The notes beneath the pieces are model-generated. The model searched no databases and was not told the DNA's origin. It saw only the letters and a program-made list of their open reading frames with translations. The translations under genes and the position numbers were made by a program. From Vicugna vicugna (taxonomy: Eukaryota): DNA of 64,000 nucleotides. Below are positions 24,617 to 37,968 of this stretch, piece by piece (position 1 is the stretch's first letter; every line of letters starts with the position of its first letter). Location of the stretch: the NCBI GenBank assembly GCA_013265495.1, contig MU058584.1, forward strand, positions 2,141,599 to 2,205,598, written 5' to 3'.

Positions 24617-24884
24617 TGGGGACTGGGGGGAGGGGGTGGCAATCAGTGAATTGGCGATGCTTAAAGAAAAGCAAAGAAGGGCTTGTAACCTGGGGGGGAT
24701 GTGGTTTCAAGTGCTCACGGTGGGGGAAGGGAACTTCACACCGCTTTGATATCCTCAAGCTCTCGGGTATTTAATACATGTAGTTCTTTGGCTCACGTAA
24801 CTCATTTTTCACATACTTCAAGGCTGGGAAGCTTCAGAGCTGTCACAGCGACTTCTCTGGGCACTTTTTCAGCTACCTGGTTCC

Positions 24885-25100
24885 CAGTGAAAGAGCACGT
24901 GCCGCACGCTAGGCACTGTTCCAGGTATGTTACACCTCAGGCAAATTGCACGTAGCAGAGAGCTCCCCATTTTACAGAGGGGGAAACTGAGGCCCAGCGA
25001 AGCTAAATCATTTGCTCAGGGCCCCAACACTTTGTAAATAGCAGAGAAAGGCTACTAAACCTATGTATCTCGCTCTAAAGCCATCTCCCCTTTCCACTAC
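24885..25100 (-). mobile_element. MIR SINE
   Basis: ctaggcactgtt...ccccattttacagagggggaaactgaggcccag. Confidence 0.85.
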
Positions 25101-27966
25101 ACTCTCTGTCTCTCAGAACGACCCTGGAGTTGTCACCTGCCTTCTCTTGATGGCAGGCCCTTTGCTTTCTTCTTTCAAAGAAGTGAGAAAGTAGGAGGGG
25201 AGAAATTGGCTTCGATAGGAATTGCTTTGGAGGTTGGCCACTTAGATTCACAAAAACATGCAAATGCAAAGGGGCCTCTAGTCTCGTGGTGAGCTTAGAA
25301 TTAGAACTGGGCCAGAAGAAATAAAATTTGGGGGTATTCTGAATGGCGACACGCTTTTTGTTTAACTGCTGTGCCTTGGGTGTCACTGACATTTCCGAAG
25401 CTCTCTGCACTTCTGGTTCCAACACGGCAGCCTGTGCGCTGTGGTCACGACACACTCCTGGGCTCACCGTCAGGTCGCCTGAGGTTGAATGTGCTAACAC
25501 TGGCCTCCAAATTTAGTTCCGCCTTCTCCCTGAGCTGTACTCTTAATCACCCCGCTTACTTCCTTCCAGAACAAATGCACTACGTGTGTGTCTCCTTCCC
25601 TTAACAAAATGTTCTATAATCATGTTTTCCAGCGAAAAGCAAAATTAGTCCCCTAAATGTAAAACGATTCTAAAGCTCTTCTATGAACGGATTGCTTTCC
25701 TTCAGGGATGGCAATGCTTCGTACAGGGCGCTGACTCATCTGTTCTCCCCATCCAGGGCATCAAGGCTTGAACCACATTCTGACGAGGAAGCTGAGGCCT
25801 TGTGGTGGTTGTAGGTGCATAACACTTTGGTTGGGCTTCTGTAGGCCTTCAACCTGGGACACATGGGACAAAATCATCCCCCATCTGGTGACACCCGAAT
25901 CTATTCATTCTTTCCCAGCATGTGAAACAATTAGGCAGATTTCCCACATGAGTGGTTCACACCTGTGGCTTGGAGTCACGGCCATGTGTTTCCCTCGACC
26001 ACGACCCACCAGGTTTAAGCATAAGGAGCTCACACTCCTCTTCCTTGGCCTCCCACATGCTTCACATCCCTCTAGCAGACCCCGTAGCAAACTTGCAAGT
26101 AAGTTTTATTTATTTATTTTGTCCCCTCCCCTGCTTGTCTGGGGTGTGGTAGGGCAACCTTACACACATGCCGCTCCAAATGGCCATGCTGGGTCTGTTC
26201 TAAGTTTGAATCCTGTCACCGATCCAGCCTTCAGCAATTTTCCTTTCAGTGCTAATTAATAAAAATGATGGCTTTCTTTTTTCCCTTCTCATGAGAGTGT
26301 TGCCAGCTTTGGGGGTTCTTTGAAAACCTGCTTGAGATGTCCAGGGCCAAAGGAAACAGTGGTGTTTGGCTTTAAAGGATGGGCTTGGGTTCACACACAT
26401 CCTCTCTCTGAGAAAGGCTGAGACAGAGCAGAAGGTTTCTGGGAAGGGGTGTGGAAGAAGGTCTCAACTTTAGCTGTGTGGATCCGCCGATTAAATTAGG
26501 GGAAGCGTTGCCGCCCAGCTGCCAGCCCTGGGCTCCACGCTGTGGCCGGAGGAGTCGGCTCCTTTAGGGGACAGGGAAGCAAGTGCAGTAAAGGGAGCCT
26601 TTCTCTTTGCTTCTTTAGATAGAAGATTATTCTATTGGAAAAAAAGGAGCCCCTGACTTAGTCTGATGACCGCCAGGTCATTCCTTCCGCATTGTAGGGA
26701 GAAGAGAAGGCCGTCATGGTCCCTGAGGCCTCCCCTTGCCAGTCCACCCTCTTGATGACTAAGTGGGCACAGGGCTTTGGCTCTTCTTGCTGAAAGTGTG
26801 CACATTTAGGGCTGTTCTCAGTCTGGGTGTAGCTCAGGCCACTCTGCTCGGTGGTCTAGTACCTGCTGCCTGAGTTTTCTTTGTCAACACCCTCCCCGCC
26901 TCCCGCCGCCAACCTTCAAGAAAAAAAGATGCTCAGGGGGCCAGCCTTTCTATTCCTTCTCCACCACCTCTGCGTCCTCTCCCACATCTTTTCCGTCTTC
27001 CAGTGCCCCTTTAGTAACATGGAGAGATGGAGTCAGGGTGGTTGAAGGTGGGGGGCAGGATGCTGCAGCTGGGGGAGCTGCAGAGCGGGAGGAGGAAGGG
27101 ACCACCACTCCCAGCAGAGCGCAGCCCGGGCCCGCCCCCAGCCGCCTTGTACCTGCTGTCTCCGGAGGAGGGTGATGAATTTGGTTTGCGCCAACATTAA
27201 ACTGATAAATGAAATTTGTATGTTAAAACAATGATAATTTCATTGTCTTTTCCTTCCTTCTTTGCCATCCACGCTTCCGTGTCACCCCTCCTCTTACTCT
27301 TCAGCTTTGGGGAAGGTGGGGGGGTGGTGACGATGTTGGGGGGGTGCTTGGCAAGCTGTCGGTTTGCATTGTGCGGACGGGGAAAGGTCTCTACCTGGCT
27401 CATTTTGTCCCCTTTGCTTAGGCTGTCACCGCTGACAGTCCTCATGTTTATTTCATCTCGCGTGGTGGCTGTCTCGTTTCCCTACCCTCCGATGTCATTA
27501 ACGCACAGAGAGCGGGCCCTGCAGTGTTGAGCCTAATGAATTCCGCTGTGGCTGCTCTGCTCCCCACCTCGTTACCAAAGCTCAAGGTGTCAAATTAAAC
27601 CCAGCCTGGAGAGAATGAGAAAGTGCGGGAGAGAACCATGAGCAGGGGAAGAGGGAGGGCCGGAGAACACAGAAACAACCTTCCAGAAAGAGCAGGGTGG
27701 GGCGAAGACGGGAGGGAAGTGGGGCAGAGAGGAGAGCCACCAGTCGGTGACTTCTGGTGACCAGGTCTACTCTAAGCGAGACTCTGAGCCGGACCTGATG
27801 ACCCTGTCCCTCGTTGGGTGGGATTCTGCATGTTGGCCTTGGCTGTGGTGTGTTGCCTTTTTCTCATTGCCTGGTTGATTTATCCTCATGGTTTATGCAG
27901 ATCGGGCACCTTGCAAAGCAGACAGAGTAGCTAGAGCAAGTGAGAGCAGACAGAGCTTGTGGAAGG

Positions 27967-27988
27967 AGTGTGTGTGTGTGTGTGTGTG
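27967..27988. repeat. (GT)n microsatellite
   Basis: Read directly. Confidence 0.95.
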
Positions 27989-28179
27989 CGCACACGTGCT
28001 CGTGTAAGGAAAAGTGGAGGCCAAATCTTTAGTGGCCTGAGCAGCTGCAGAAATCCGTGTTTCAAAATGGTGGGAAGAGCAAATCATCATGTAAATGAAC
28101 ATCATCCCAGTGGGGATGCTCTCTGGTAGATGGCCTTTCGTGATCCCTACCCCGGTCTGGAGAATAATGATCTCTGTTG

Positions 28180-28410
28180 TATATAGCATTCTACCATCTA
28201 TAAAGCATCTTTCCATATGATGTTGGCATTTTCTCTTTGGAGCAGTTTTGTTCAAAACAACTGTTAATAATAGAAGTTGCCCATTTTACAGACGGGGAAA
28301 ATGTGGAGCAGAGATGCTAACTCACTTGCTAGAAGGTGAGAGGACCTGGGTTACATTTTTCGGTTCTCTGTTTCCAGAATTCAATGTTTTTCCCCTTATA
28401 CCACTAAACT
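28180..28410 (-). mobile_element. MIR SINE fragment
   Basis: cccattttacagacggggaaaatg...taactcacttgctagaaggt. Confidence 0.7.
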
Positions 28411-28461
28411 TGCTAGGTTTAGACAGAGGTGGGAGGAAGTTGGTGATGAATAAGCTTGTGG

Positions 28462-28775
28462 ATTTTAAAAATTGAAGTAAATTTACGTACAGTAAAATGG
28501 ATAGATGTGAAGTATACACTTTGATGTGTTTGGACAAGTGAGTGTAGCCATGTGACCAATGCCTCTGTTCAGGTCTAGAGCACTTCCATCACCGTGAGAG
28601 TTTCTTCTGGTCCTTTCTGCTTCAATTTACCATTTTCCCCAACCATTGTTCTAATTTTTTCCATCCTGGGTTAATTTTGCCAGTTCTTAACACTTTACAT
28701 GAATGGAATCATGCAGTATGTATACTTTTGTGTCTGGCAATTACCCATCATCATGTTTTTTGAGATTTATACATT
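28462..28775 (-). mobile_element. Old L1 (L1MB/MC-like) 3' end
   Basis: aaattgaagtaaatttacgtacagtaaaatg...acttccatcacc...atgaatggaatcatgcagtatgta...tgtgtctggc, typical of an old L1M 3' UTR in antisense. Confidence 0.8.
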
Positions 28776-28939
28776 AACTTTTTTTTTCCTTTTTATGGCC
28801 AAGGGGCAGCACCTCAGCGCCCTCCTCCCACTCCAAAATTCATGAGAAAAGATTCAGTTACGTGGCGCTTTAAGGCCTATTCAGGCGGGACTCAGTGGTC
28901 ACCAGTCAGTGGAAGAACCCAGGCAGTTAATGAATCTTG

Positions 28940-29160
28940 AGCATTCATTTATTCATCCAGCCACATTTATTCAACTGGAGCTAGGAAATAAAGTCAGCCC
29001 CTGCCTTCAGGGAGTCCACAGTTGGGAAACAGTATGTGATGTGTATTATCACAGAGAGGAGTGCAGAGTGTGATGGGAAGTGGAAGGGGGGCCCCTGGTG
29101 TGGCCTTCTTGCGTCAGGAACTGCACCCTAGAGAGGATGCCCCGGGGCAAGAGCTGAGTT
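28940..29160 (-). mobile_element. L2 LINE fragment
   Basis: cattcatttattcatccagccacatttatt...gcccctgccttcagggagtccacagt. Confidence 0.6.
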
Positions 29161-31374
29161 TATGAAAATTAGCCAAAAGAAGTTATTCATTTAATTCAGT
29201 GCATCCCTCTCCGCATCTCTGACATCTTTCTTGAGTGCCTGTCTTCTGCAGGGTGCCATGCTGTGGAGGTGTGGTCTGGCTTCGGGGGTAGAAAAGTCCA
29301 ATGTTGAATAAACAGAGATGGATGAGGCTTATGGGTGTTGGGACCATTCTTAACCTCCCCGAAAATGAGCTATTTCTGGTGTTATCCCATTGAGGTGATC
29401 AAGACCACGTGAATATGTCGGGTAAAGATCAGTGGGTTTTCTTGTAAGGCATCTAGCTTTTGTATTTAAGGGTCCGGAGCTCCAGTTTACCTCTTTGACT
29501 AGGGTCATCTGTTTTTGTTTTGTTTGTTCGCACTGGGCTTTAGATTTATAGAACCTTGTAGACAGTTGTGTGATGTGATTGCTCTAAACCTTAGTGGTGG
29601 TATGTGGCCTGGATATGCTGGCCTTATCCCATAGTGAAAGTACCACATTGACTGCTTTGGCATTGGAATCTAACATGGTTTAAGCACTTGATGAAGATTC
29701 TGTATGATAAATGAGGCTACGGCTGCCGTTGGAGTCAGTAGATACATTGAACAAGAAGGTAACGTAACCGTTCACTGTTATAGTTTACGCCACCTTGACT
29801 GTCGTGGATATACAGATCATTGCCTTCAACGGCAGGTAGAGAGTGGAGTTAAGATGGTGTGTTCTCAAATATTTTAGAAATGATATTTTTTTAAAGAGAG
29901 TCAAAATAAGACATTCTCATTATCCGATTAATTGACCAGAAAGTGGGCTGCTTTATATAATGAATAACTCTTAGGATCTATTGGTGTTCATTCCCCAGTG
30001 GTAAGAAATGTCACGTAGATGTTGAGCTAACACATAAGTAATGCGGCTGTGGGCAGGTAGCTGAGCAAATATAGAAGCCGCGGAAGGCAGAAGCAAAAGC
30101 AGTCAAGTCCTGACAAACTCTCAGTTTCAGTGGACTAATTAACAGAACCAGGGATCTTCTGCAAGTCGGTGATAACTCAGAAGGCAAGTGCCTAGTACGT
30201 CTCTTGGAAATGTTTTCCCCAGCCGTATTTGCCTGTAGAATCTCTATTCTCCTAATGGATCTGATCCATATTTTGCAGAGTCAGAAAGTTTGAAATAATA
30301 ATAGAATTCATCTCATCTGAATTGAGATCAACAAACTGGTAATGCTGAGCGTTTTCACTTCCCAGAAACGAAATTAGGAAAAATACGTCTTCATAGCATT
30401 TCAAGACTAAGTAGGCTCCCAAACCTATGTAGGACCACAGCACATCTATTCCCTTCATCTTAGGTAAATCACGAGGAGAAAAGTGTCCGGAGTTGGGCTG
30501 AAACATGGCCTGCTGTTTGATGCCACCAGAGGATTTGCTGTGTCAATTTAGGATAGAGTGATGGACACGGAGGAAATGAAGGGAAAAACCCTTCACAATG
30601 TGAGATAGAAAGTAAAAGGACAACAAAATGCTAAAACGTACAGGAAGTTCTTATAATACGACTAATTGTGTATGAGGTGGTGGGTACCAGTTGCTTCCAG
30701 TATTCTCATGTTATATAAATGATATCCTATTGTACTATTATCTATTCTATGCTGCATAGAATAATATGCTTATACTGCATCAAGCATAGGTGATGTGGTT
30801 TTTCATCAGCTGGTGCACTTGGTTACCAAGTACATTTGTGAGTGGGTTAACTGTGTGACACCAAGCCTGTGTTAACAACGGAGGAACGGCGTCTCCTATG
30901 TGGGATACTGGGCTAAAGCAACGATATTAAGACAGCGTATTCTGGTCCAAATAAGCAAATCGTCTGCTGTTTGATAAATAAGAGGAAACAGTGGAGTCTG
31001 TTGATCCTGTTTTCCACAGGGTGGGACAGTAGAGGAACATACGTAGAGGTGATAAAAAGTCGTTGATGCCAAGATGCGTGGTGATTGAGAGACATCACAG
31101 TGGAGCACTTATTTCAGTGACTTACGGTCATTCTGCCTGCTCTAGTTAAACATTTTTAGGATGTAGGAGATGTGTCATGCATTGGTTTCTGTTTGGAAGG
31201 TGGGGGCATTGCTGTCTTTCATGTAACCGGGAGACATTTGTCTCGACGGTAGGCAATGATAAACCAAACCCCGTATTATTATGATGTCTTAAAACTGGAT
31301 TAATCGAAGCAATAAAATCAAAATAACAATAAATGCTTGTGCAATGTAGATTTACTTCGAGTCAGAAATAAAGC

Positions 31375-32011
31375 AATAATTTCACAATTCTAGTATATTT
31401 CGTGATACCTGTACTATGGGGGCAGAAACAGGACATAAAATCCATACAAGATGCTAACAGCAACTTTAGCTGAGCAACTTTAGCCTGAGCTGTGGGACAT
31501 GGGGTGTAGAGTGCAGTCACATCACGTGGTTCCTCCCTTCCTTCCTTCCTTCCTTCCTTCCTTCCTTCCTTCCTTCCTTCCTTTCTCTCTTCCTTTCTCT
31601 TTCCCTTTCTTCCTTCCTTCCTCCCTTCCTTCCTTCTCAAATAGAAAGGAGGTTGGTTTTTACTTTGATGGGTTGGTGGAGGAAAGAGAAGCTCTTTTTA
31701 GTAATTTCACAATTCTAGTATATTTTGTGATATCTGTACTATGGGGGCAGAAACAGGACATAAAATCCATACAGGATGCTAACAGCAACTTTAGCTGGTC
31801 CTGAGCTGTGGGACATGGGGTGTAGAGTGCAGTCACATCACGTGGTTCGTTCCTTCCTTCCTTCCTTCCTTCCTTCCTTCCTTCCTTCCTTTCTTTCTCT
31901 CTTCCTTTCTCTTTCCCTTTCTTCCTTCCTTTCTCCCTTCCTTCCTTCTCAAATAGAAAGGAGGCTGGTTTTTACTTTGATGGGTTGGTGGAGGAAAGAG
32001 AAGCTCTTTTT
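31375..32011. repeat. Direct tandem duplication, units 31375-31699 (325 bp) and 31700-32011 (312 bp), each with a (TTCC)n microsatellite
   Basis: Both units run TAATTTCACAATTCTAGTATATTT...GGAAAGAGAAGCTCTTTTT with a handful of substitutions and small indels. Confidence 0.97.
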
Positions 32012-32964
32012 CTTTCCCCAGTTAGATATGCTGTCTTATTGTCTTTCATTTACTCACCGTGATCTGTGTGGCTTTATCGAGCACTACAGTTAAGCCCATG
32101 CAACCTGCATGCTGTGCAGGAAAGAAAGGTGATGGACAGATAGTCCCAGAGTTACACAAACTCCTGTGCCCCTCCCTTCCATGACCTGCCATCCCGTCAT
32201 TCCGGTGGCTTCGGGGATGGCCTCCTGCTAAGGCACCACTACAGAGGTGCCTCCCAGCAGCTCCAGTGTCACGGCTACTGGCATTTGTGCCCTGCTGTCA
32301 GGCAGATTCTAGGGGAGGAGGGAAGGAGAGTGACCCATGGCAGGTGAGTGGCAACTGGGGAGACCCACAAATTTAAAAATTGGTCCCTTTCTCTCTTAAC
32401 CGCAGTGGTGTTCAGAATTTGTAGTTATGATGAAATAATGAATAAGAAAGAAAAAGGAAGAACAGAAGAAGGAGAACTGGGGGGAATACACAAAAACAAA
32501 AATCAAATCAACCTTACAGCCCATTCTAACCCGCAGCCATGGTTTAGCTCACTTGTAAACGTGACCCTGTACCCAAAGACCCGGAAAGTGAAAGTGTGCT
32601 TTCTAAAGGTTCTGGTCAGCTTGGTATGTGTCCATCGACCAACTGCAAACTGCTTTTTAATCTGCTGCGGTCATAAAGGTTTCTGGGAATTCCAGTTCTT
32701 GCCTTTCTAAGAATGACCCAAACAAGCACAGATAACCACAAGAGATGAAACACTAGAGATCTGTTAATGTAGAGGATCGCTGTGACAGTTCCTCAGCGTC
32801 GCGAGCAGCTGGGACTGCAGCTTTTGCTCTGGACAGCAGCTTGCGATCCCTGAGCGTGTCTGACGTTGCAGGCGTGCGTGTGCACGGCATGGTGTCATGG
32901 AAGGAACGCTGGTTTTTAGAGCCGGACCCACGTTGGACACTCCAGATTGGCCACATTTCTGTGT

Positions 32965-33060
32965 GTCAGGTCTGAATTTATGACCTTGAGCAGGATACCC
33001 AGCCTCAGCAACCTCAAATTACTGATCAGTAAAATGGGGATGTTAATAGCTACCTTATGA
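32965..33060 (+). mobile_element. MIR fragment
   Basis: tgaccttgagcagg...cagtaaaatggggatgttaatagctacct. Confidence 0.7.
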
Positions 33061-33325
33061 TAATAATAGCCAATGTTTATTGAGTGCCTACATACCAGGC
33101 GGTTTTACCCACTTCATTTTACATCTGCTAGCTAATTTGAATGCTCACTACAGTCTTTCAAGGTAGAGGCTCTTATAGGCTTATTTTCTAGCTCAAGAAA
33201 CAAACAACAAAGAGATTGAGTAACTTGCCCAAGTGCACACAGTTTGCTCAGTAGCAAAGGCAGGATTTGATCTCAGACTCTGCGATTTCCGGAGCCCTCG
33301 CTCTTAGCTCTGCTTTACATTGCCT
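33061..33325 (-). mobile_element. Near full-length MIR
   Basis: aataatagccaatgtttattgagtgcctac...gagtaacttgcccaag...ggcaggatttgatctcagactctg. Confidence 0.85.
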
Positions 33326-33899
33326 CACTCTGATTCCTGGCAGGACCGGTGGCAACCATCCTGACCCCTCAGGGAGCACAGTGGCTGGTGGATAGGAGGC
33401 ATTCAGAAAGGGTGGTTTCCATCACCACCCCGAACAGTGGGACGTGGACACAGTGCAGAAATATTTCTTTCTCTATTTGGAAATTAGGTGTGTTGTTTCA
33501 GGCTCTAGGAATCACATCCCGGGGATGTGATTGAAGCTACACATTGATTCCTACCATCTCAGCTGGAAACAGGTGAAGGTCTAGTTGAAAGACCGTTTGG
33601 AATTCTGCATCCCCATCCCCAAGGAGGGGGCACCCACAGATCTTTTTGTCTGAAGCCATAAGCCTGGGTCATGCACTTCTCTCCCACCCCCTCCCTTCAT
33701 ATTAATGCCTAAGTTCTCCAAGAACAGCAACTAGTTTATATTTCCCTTGTATCCCCAAAGCACCTTATTCAGGAGTAAACATGTGCTGTGTGTTCAATTT
33801 CTAGTCTATGAAACTCTTTGCTGAACCAAGTAGGGTCCTTTGAGAGAGTAAAGGGAAGTTAGGGTTTGCAATGAGGAAGCGGGGGGTGAGTCTGGGAAG

Positions 33900-34332
33900 A
33901 GCACCCCCTTGCCGTTTGAGGGGATCCTGCAGAGCCTGCCTCCCTAGACCTACACCCCCTGCTCCCCTCTCACTGGCAGCAAGGGCATAAGCATCTAGTA
34001 CTTGGCTGATTGGAGATATGTGTCCAAGCTTGAATTTTGAGGGAGATGAGCAGAGAGACAGGATGACAGAGGTGGCAGCAGAATTGAGGGTGGTGGCAGT
34101 GGCCGGTGTGGGTCCCCAAAGGCAGCAGCGTGCTGTCTCCCAGCTGACTTCCCGTGGCAGTGCCTTGGCTGTGGTCTCGGCTGCCAGGGCTTGCTTTTCT
34201 GAGTTTGGTTCCCCAGACTTCCTGTTGCTGTGTGAGGCACTGCGTATCTGTCCAAAAAAAAAAATTCTTTTCCTTCGCAGATGAGCCACAGTCCATTCCT
34301 GTCGTTTGCAACCCAAAACCTTGACTGGTAGG
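33900..34332 (+). mobile_element. ERVL-class solo LTR (LTR33/LTR16-like)
   Basis: 3' end aaattcttttcctt...agccacagtccattcctgtcgtttgcaacccaaaaccttgactggta resembles ERVL LTR termini. 5' boundary uncertain. Confidence 0.6.
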
Positions 34333-37300
34333 ATCAGTTGGGGGAGAATCAAATGATGGCTCAAAAACTGCTTTTTCCGATGGAAAATGAGGAGGGTCCA
34401 CGTGGGCCAGAGCGTATGATGATAAGGACAAGGTTTTCTGCGTGAGCCAAACAATTCTGGCAGAAAAATAAGGTTTAAGCCAATAGCAGAAGGATTGTAC
34501 CTGACTTTAGCGTATAAGGGAATGTTGTCTAAGCCTGAAATACTGGTTTGGGCTTTGAATGGAGGCCTTTGGGGACCTTGCCTACGTGGGACATGCTGGG
34601 GCCTGGAGCCTTGGGGAACTTAGCCCTGAGTTTGAAGAGCAGCTGCCAGGAGACAGAGGCTTTTCAGCTGCTGCTGACATGGCCATGAGTCACAACACCT
34701 GCATGGAGAGACTGGTGACCGATCAAGGGCACTTTAGGGATCTCCTCTTGGCATCAAGTGAAACACCTCTGCCATTGCATACATTTCCTTCATGCTCACT
34801 CGTTGCTCCCCGTTACCCTATCAGCTCGATAAAGCCAAAGGCAGTTATAAGCAGCATCAGCAAAAGAAGAAGGAAGTGGTTTTGTGTGGAGGTCACACTT
34901 CCTGGTTGTCCTGGTGCCTGCTGCCATCACTTTCTTTTCTTGGTTCACAAGACAGGGCTGCTTTGATGGACATTACCCTTGACTGCAGCATCGTCGCTGG
35001 TCTTTGAGCTCCGAGAACCGAGCACAGGGCTGATTTTTTTTTTTTAGTACAGTATTTCATTTCAGTTCCAACAATAATATAGATTGTGGTCTGTGCCTCT
35101 AAATAAATAATGCATCAGCTGTTGATGCTACTAATTCCCTTTCAAGGATTTATAGACGCCTCCCCACAAATTCTATTCAGCACGGGGGTTACCTACCGTA
35201 CCTGTGGAGCAGAGCGCCTTGATTAATACCTGTACTCTGCTTCTGCGGGGGGAGGCAACCGGATAATGGCCGCGTTGAAACAGCTGAGCCCATTTGGAGG
35301 CAGGCACGTTGCTTGTGGCTGTGCCCATTCACCTCACTGAAGTCAACACAGGTTGGAAACTGCCAAGAAGAGAAAAACTCTTCTCTATTTTTTCCTATGT
35401 CCACCAGCTTTTCCCCACTGGCCTATATAAATTCTTCATAAATGGAACCCCTGCTACCATTTTCTTATCCTTTACTTCTCCAGCATCCATAGAGGTCAGA
35501 AAGAAAAGGAAGGCCAGTGTTGGAGCATCTATGAGTGGAGCCTTCTCACCCAGGGGTCTAAAGGACATTCCATTTGACGTGAGGGATAACAGTCCTGGAG
35601 GTTCATGTCCCAAACTCCTCCACATTCGCAGAGAGAGCTGTCCCCTCAGTGCAGTCCAGGGACCACTGACCATTCCACTGTAAGCCAGTTTCTTAGGTTG
35701 ACCTTTGTAATTTTATTTTTGTGGTAGTGAATGTGTTCGTAAGCATTACCACCTCATTGGATGTTCAAAAAAAAAGTAGTGTCAGCTCTTTTTTTGTTTG
35801 TTTGTTTCATGTTTTCAAGCAGGGGTGGATAGGTTGGTTATAGAGTAAAAAAAAAAGAAAAATACCTGAAGACCTAAAAAATACACTCCCATGGGGAGCG
35901 TCAATGTCTGAATGTTTTCTTAAATACGGTCTAAATCCGATCAAATCAATTCCTCTCAGACTTGAAGAATTTTTTTTTTTTTTAAATACTGTTTTTGGAG
36001 CTTTCATCCTGACCAGACTTCAGGCCATCTAAGAGACAGGGTTTAGGTAGAGTTCACAGGACTTGTACGGAGCATTTTGAAACTCTGGAAAGCTGTGGAT
36101 GCATCCTGCCGCCTGTACCAAGTCAATCCTGTGCTCTCACGGTCAGTTGTGATGGCCTGGTGTCAGGCATGATGGCTCAGGGTCAGAGGAGACATCTTTA
36201 GTTCATTCCAGACAGGCCTGGACCCCCCTTCCCCTGCTGCACCCATTATGGGGTTCAGGGGTATAGACTTTGCCCGTGTCCTGGATCAAGTCCTCCTGCA
36301 CAGCCTGGTGGCAGCGGGATGCCTTTGTTCCACACTTAAGTTGCCCTGGTCTTTTCCACATTGTCTGGAGTCTGGTCTCCCAGCTATTAAGATCGCTCTT
36401 TCTCCCCCAGTGTTATCTCCTTATGATGTGAAAGTCTGTCGTCTTGTGTTGTACGTGCTGTGCATATGTACTGATTATCTTTAGGTAGGAGGGCGTTAAT
36501 GTGCAGGACTTTGATCAGAAGTTGATTTTCTTCCTCCTGAATTAGAACTATCTCCCTCCCTTATCCTTTCATTACTGTGTTACTGCAAAGGACTACATCT
36601 CCAAAACACAAATTTTTAAAATGGACTGTGATATCAGAGAAATGCATTGGGGCTAACATAAGCACAGCCTGTGAAAATATGTCCTGCCCAGCTTTGTAAC
36701 TTTCAGATGTTTCCCAGAAGCCACCGCCTTAGCGTGTGTCAGCCAAAGGGATGATTTCAGCAAAATCTAAAGTTTTTTTTTCCCTGTAAGTCTTTTATCT
36801 TAAGATTTGGACAGAGCAGAAGGTATCTTGGTGGGGCACCTCTCCCCATGGGTACAGCATGATCTAGTGTAATAATATGTTACTGTTTGTGAAATGTGGA
36901 ACCTGTTTGACGTTCTGTGCTTTGGGCTCTGGCCTGTGGCTCGCCTGGTCTAGGCTCTGAGAGTAAAGGTACTTATTATCCACACGCTGTGTGTTCTTTA
37001 AAAGTAAAGCTATATCAAAGATACTTACATTTAATGAGATGATTGCACCTGTCTGTCATCGCAATTAAAACATTTATGAGATCATCAAACACTTTTTTGA
37101 GCGCTCCTCAATGTATTGCTCTTGGTATGATATCCTATCCATCATAGTCCTATGCAAATAATTACATTAGCGAGGTATGGTGAAGAGGGTTGGCGCCTTA
37201 AGTAAGATGTCAATTGCCGGGTAAGTTTGGGGTGAACCCTAGGCCACCTTCCCTAGTACAGCTGTGACTCATCAGATGATGTGGAAGTTAATTATTCTTC

Positions 37301-37968
37301 CCAGAAGCCAAGTGTGGAAAGTTAGAGATGGTGGTCCTGTGTGCAGGTAGCCTGCTGAATGGTACCTGATGATTTTGTCAAGGGGTTTCAGGCGGTCTCC
37401 CCATTTGCGACAGGTAAATCCTGAGAGAGCAGACGGCTTGTCAATCAGAAACTGGCAGCCACGTTGCATGTGGTGAACATTATGAATGACTTAACGTTAA
37501 TCCACGTAACCAACCGAAGTGGATGTTTGGCAAAGGAAGGACACAGATGTCTCAGCTGAAGTGGATGAACTGACGTCATGGAGCTAAGGAAGCCCTGGTT
37601 CCCTCTGGTCAGATGTCCACATTGCTTTTGATCACAGGTGGCAGCAGCGCTGACACTGGTCACACTACCAACCTGTGCAGTGCATGAGGGCTTGGGACTT
37701 GAGTTGAGCCCCATCCCCATCATGAGAGACAAGTCCCAGTGTCAGTCTGCATTGTCCTGGGGCTTCCTCATGCCACAGACTTGGATTTTGTGTTGTAGGA
37801 CCTTGGAGAGGAGACCTCTTGTAATGGGTGGGGAAGAGGAGGGCTGTGAGCCTTCCTCAGTGGAGTTCCAATCCTGGAATGAATTCTGTGAGTAGTTTAC
37901 TTTTAAAATTCTTGTCTAACTGGGCAGAAAAAATTGATGATCTCTTTTTTTTTCATTGGCAGCATAGC

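Noticed and set aside
31375..32011. Repeat-spacer-repeat pattern as a CRISPR-like array or LTR pair
   Set aside because: Only two directly abutting units, with no unique spacers, no TG...CA termini and no internal region. It is a simple tandem duplication in mammalian DNA.
33801..34454. Longest ORF (217 aa, minus strand)
   Set aside because: Lies over an ERVL-type LTR relic, with no recognisable domain and no splice context.
37218..37226. CGG|GTAAGT donor-like site (and other isolated GTAAGT hexamers)
   Set aside because: No matching upstream acceptor or promoter-like segment, and the hexamer is expected many times by chance in 64 kb.
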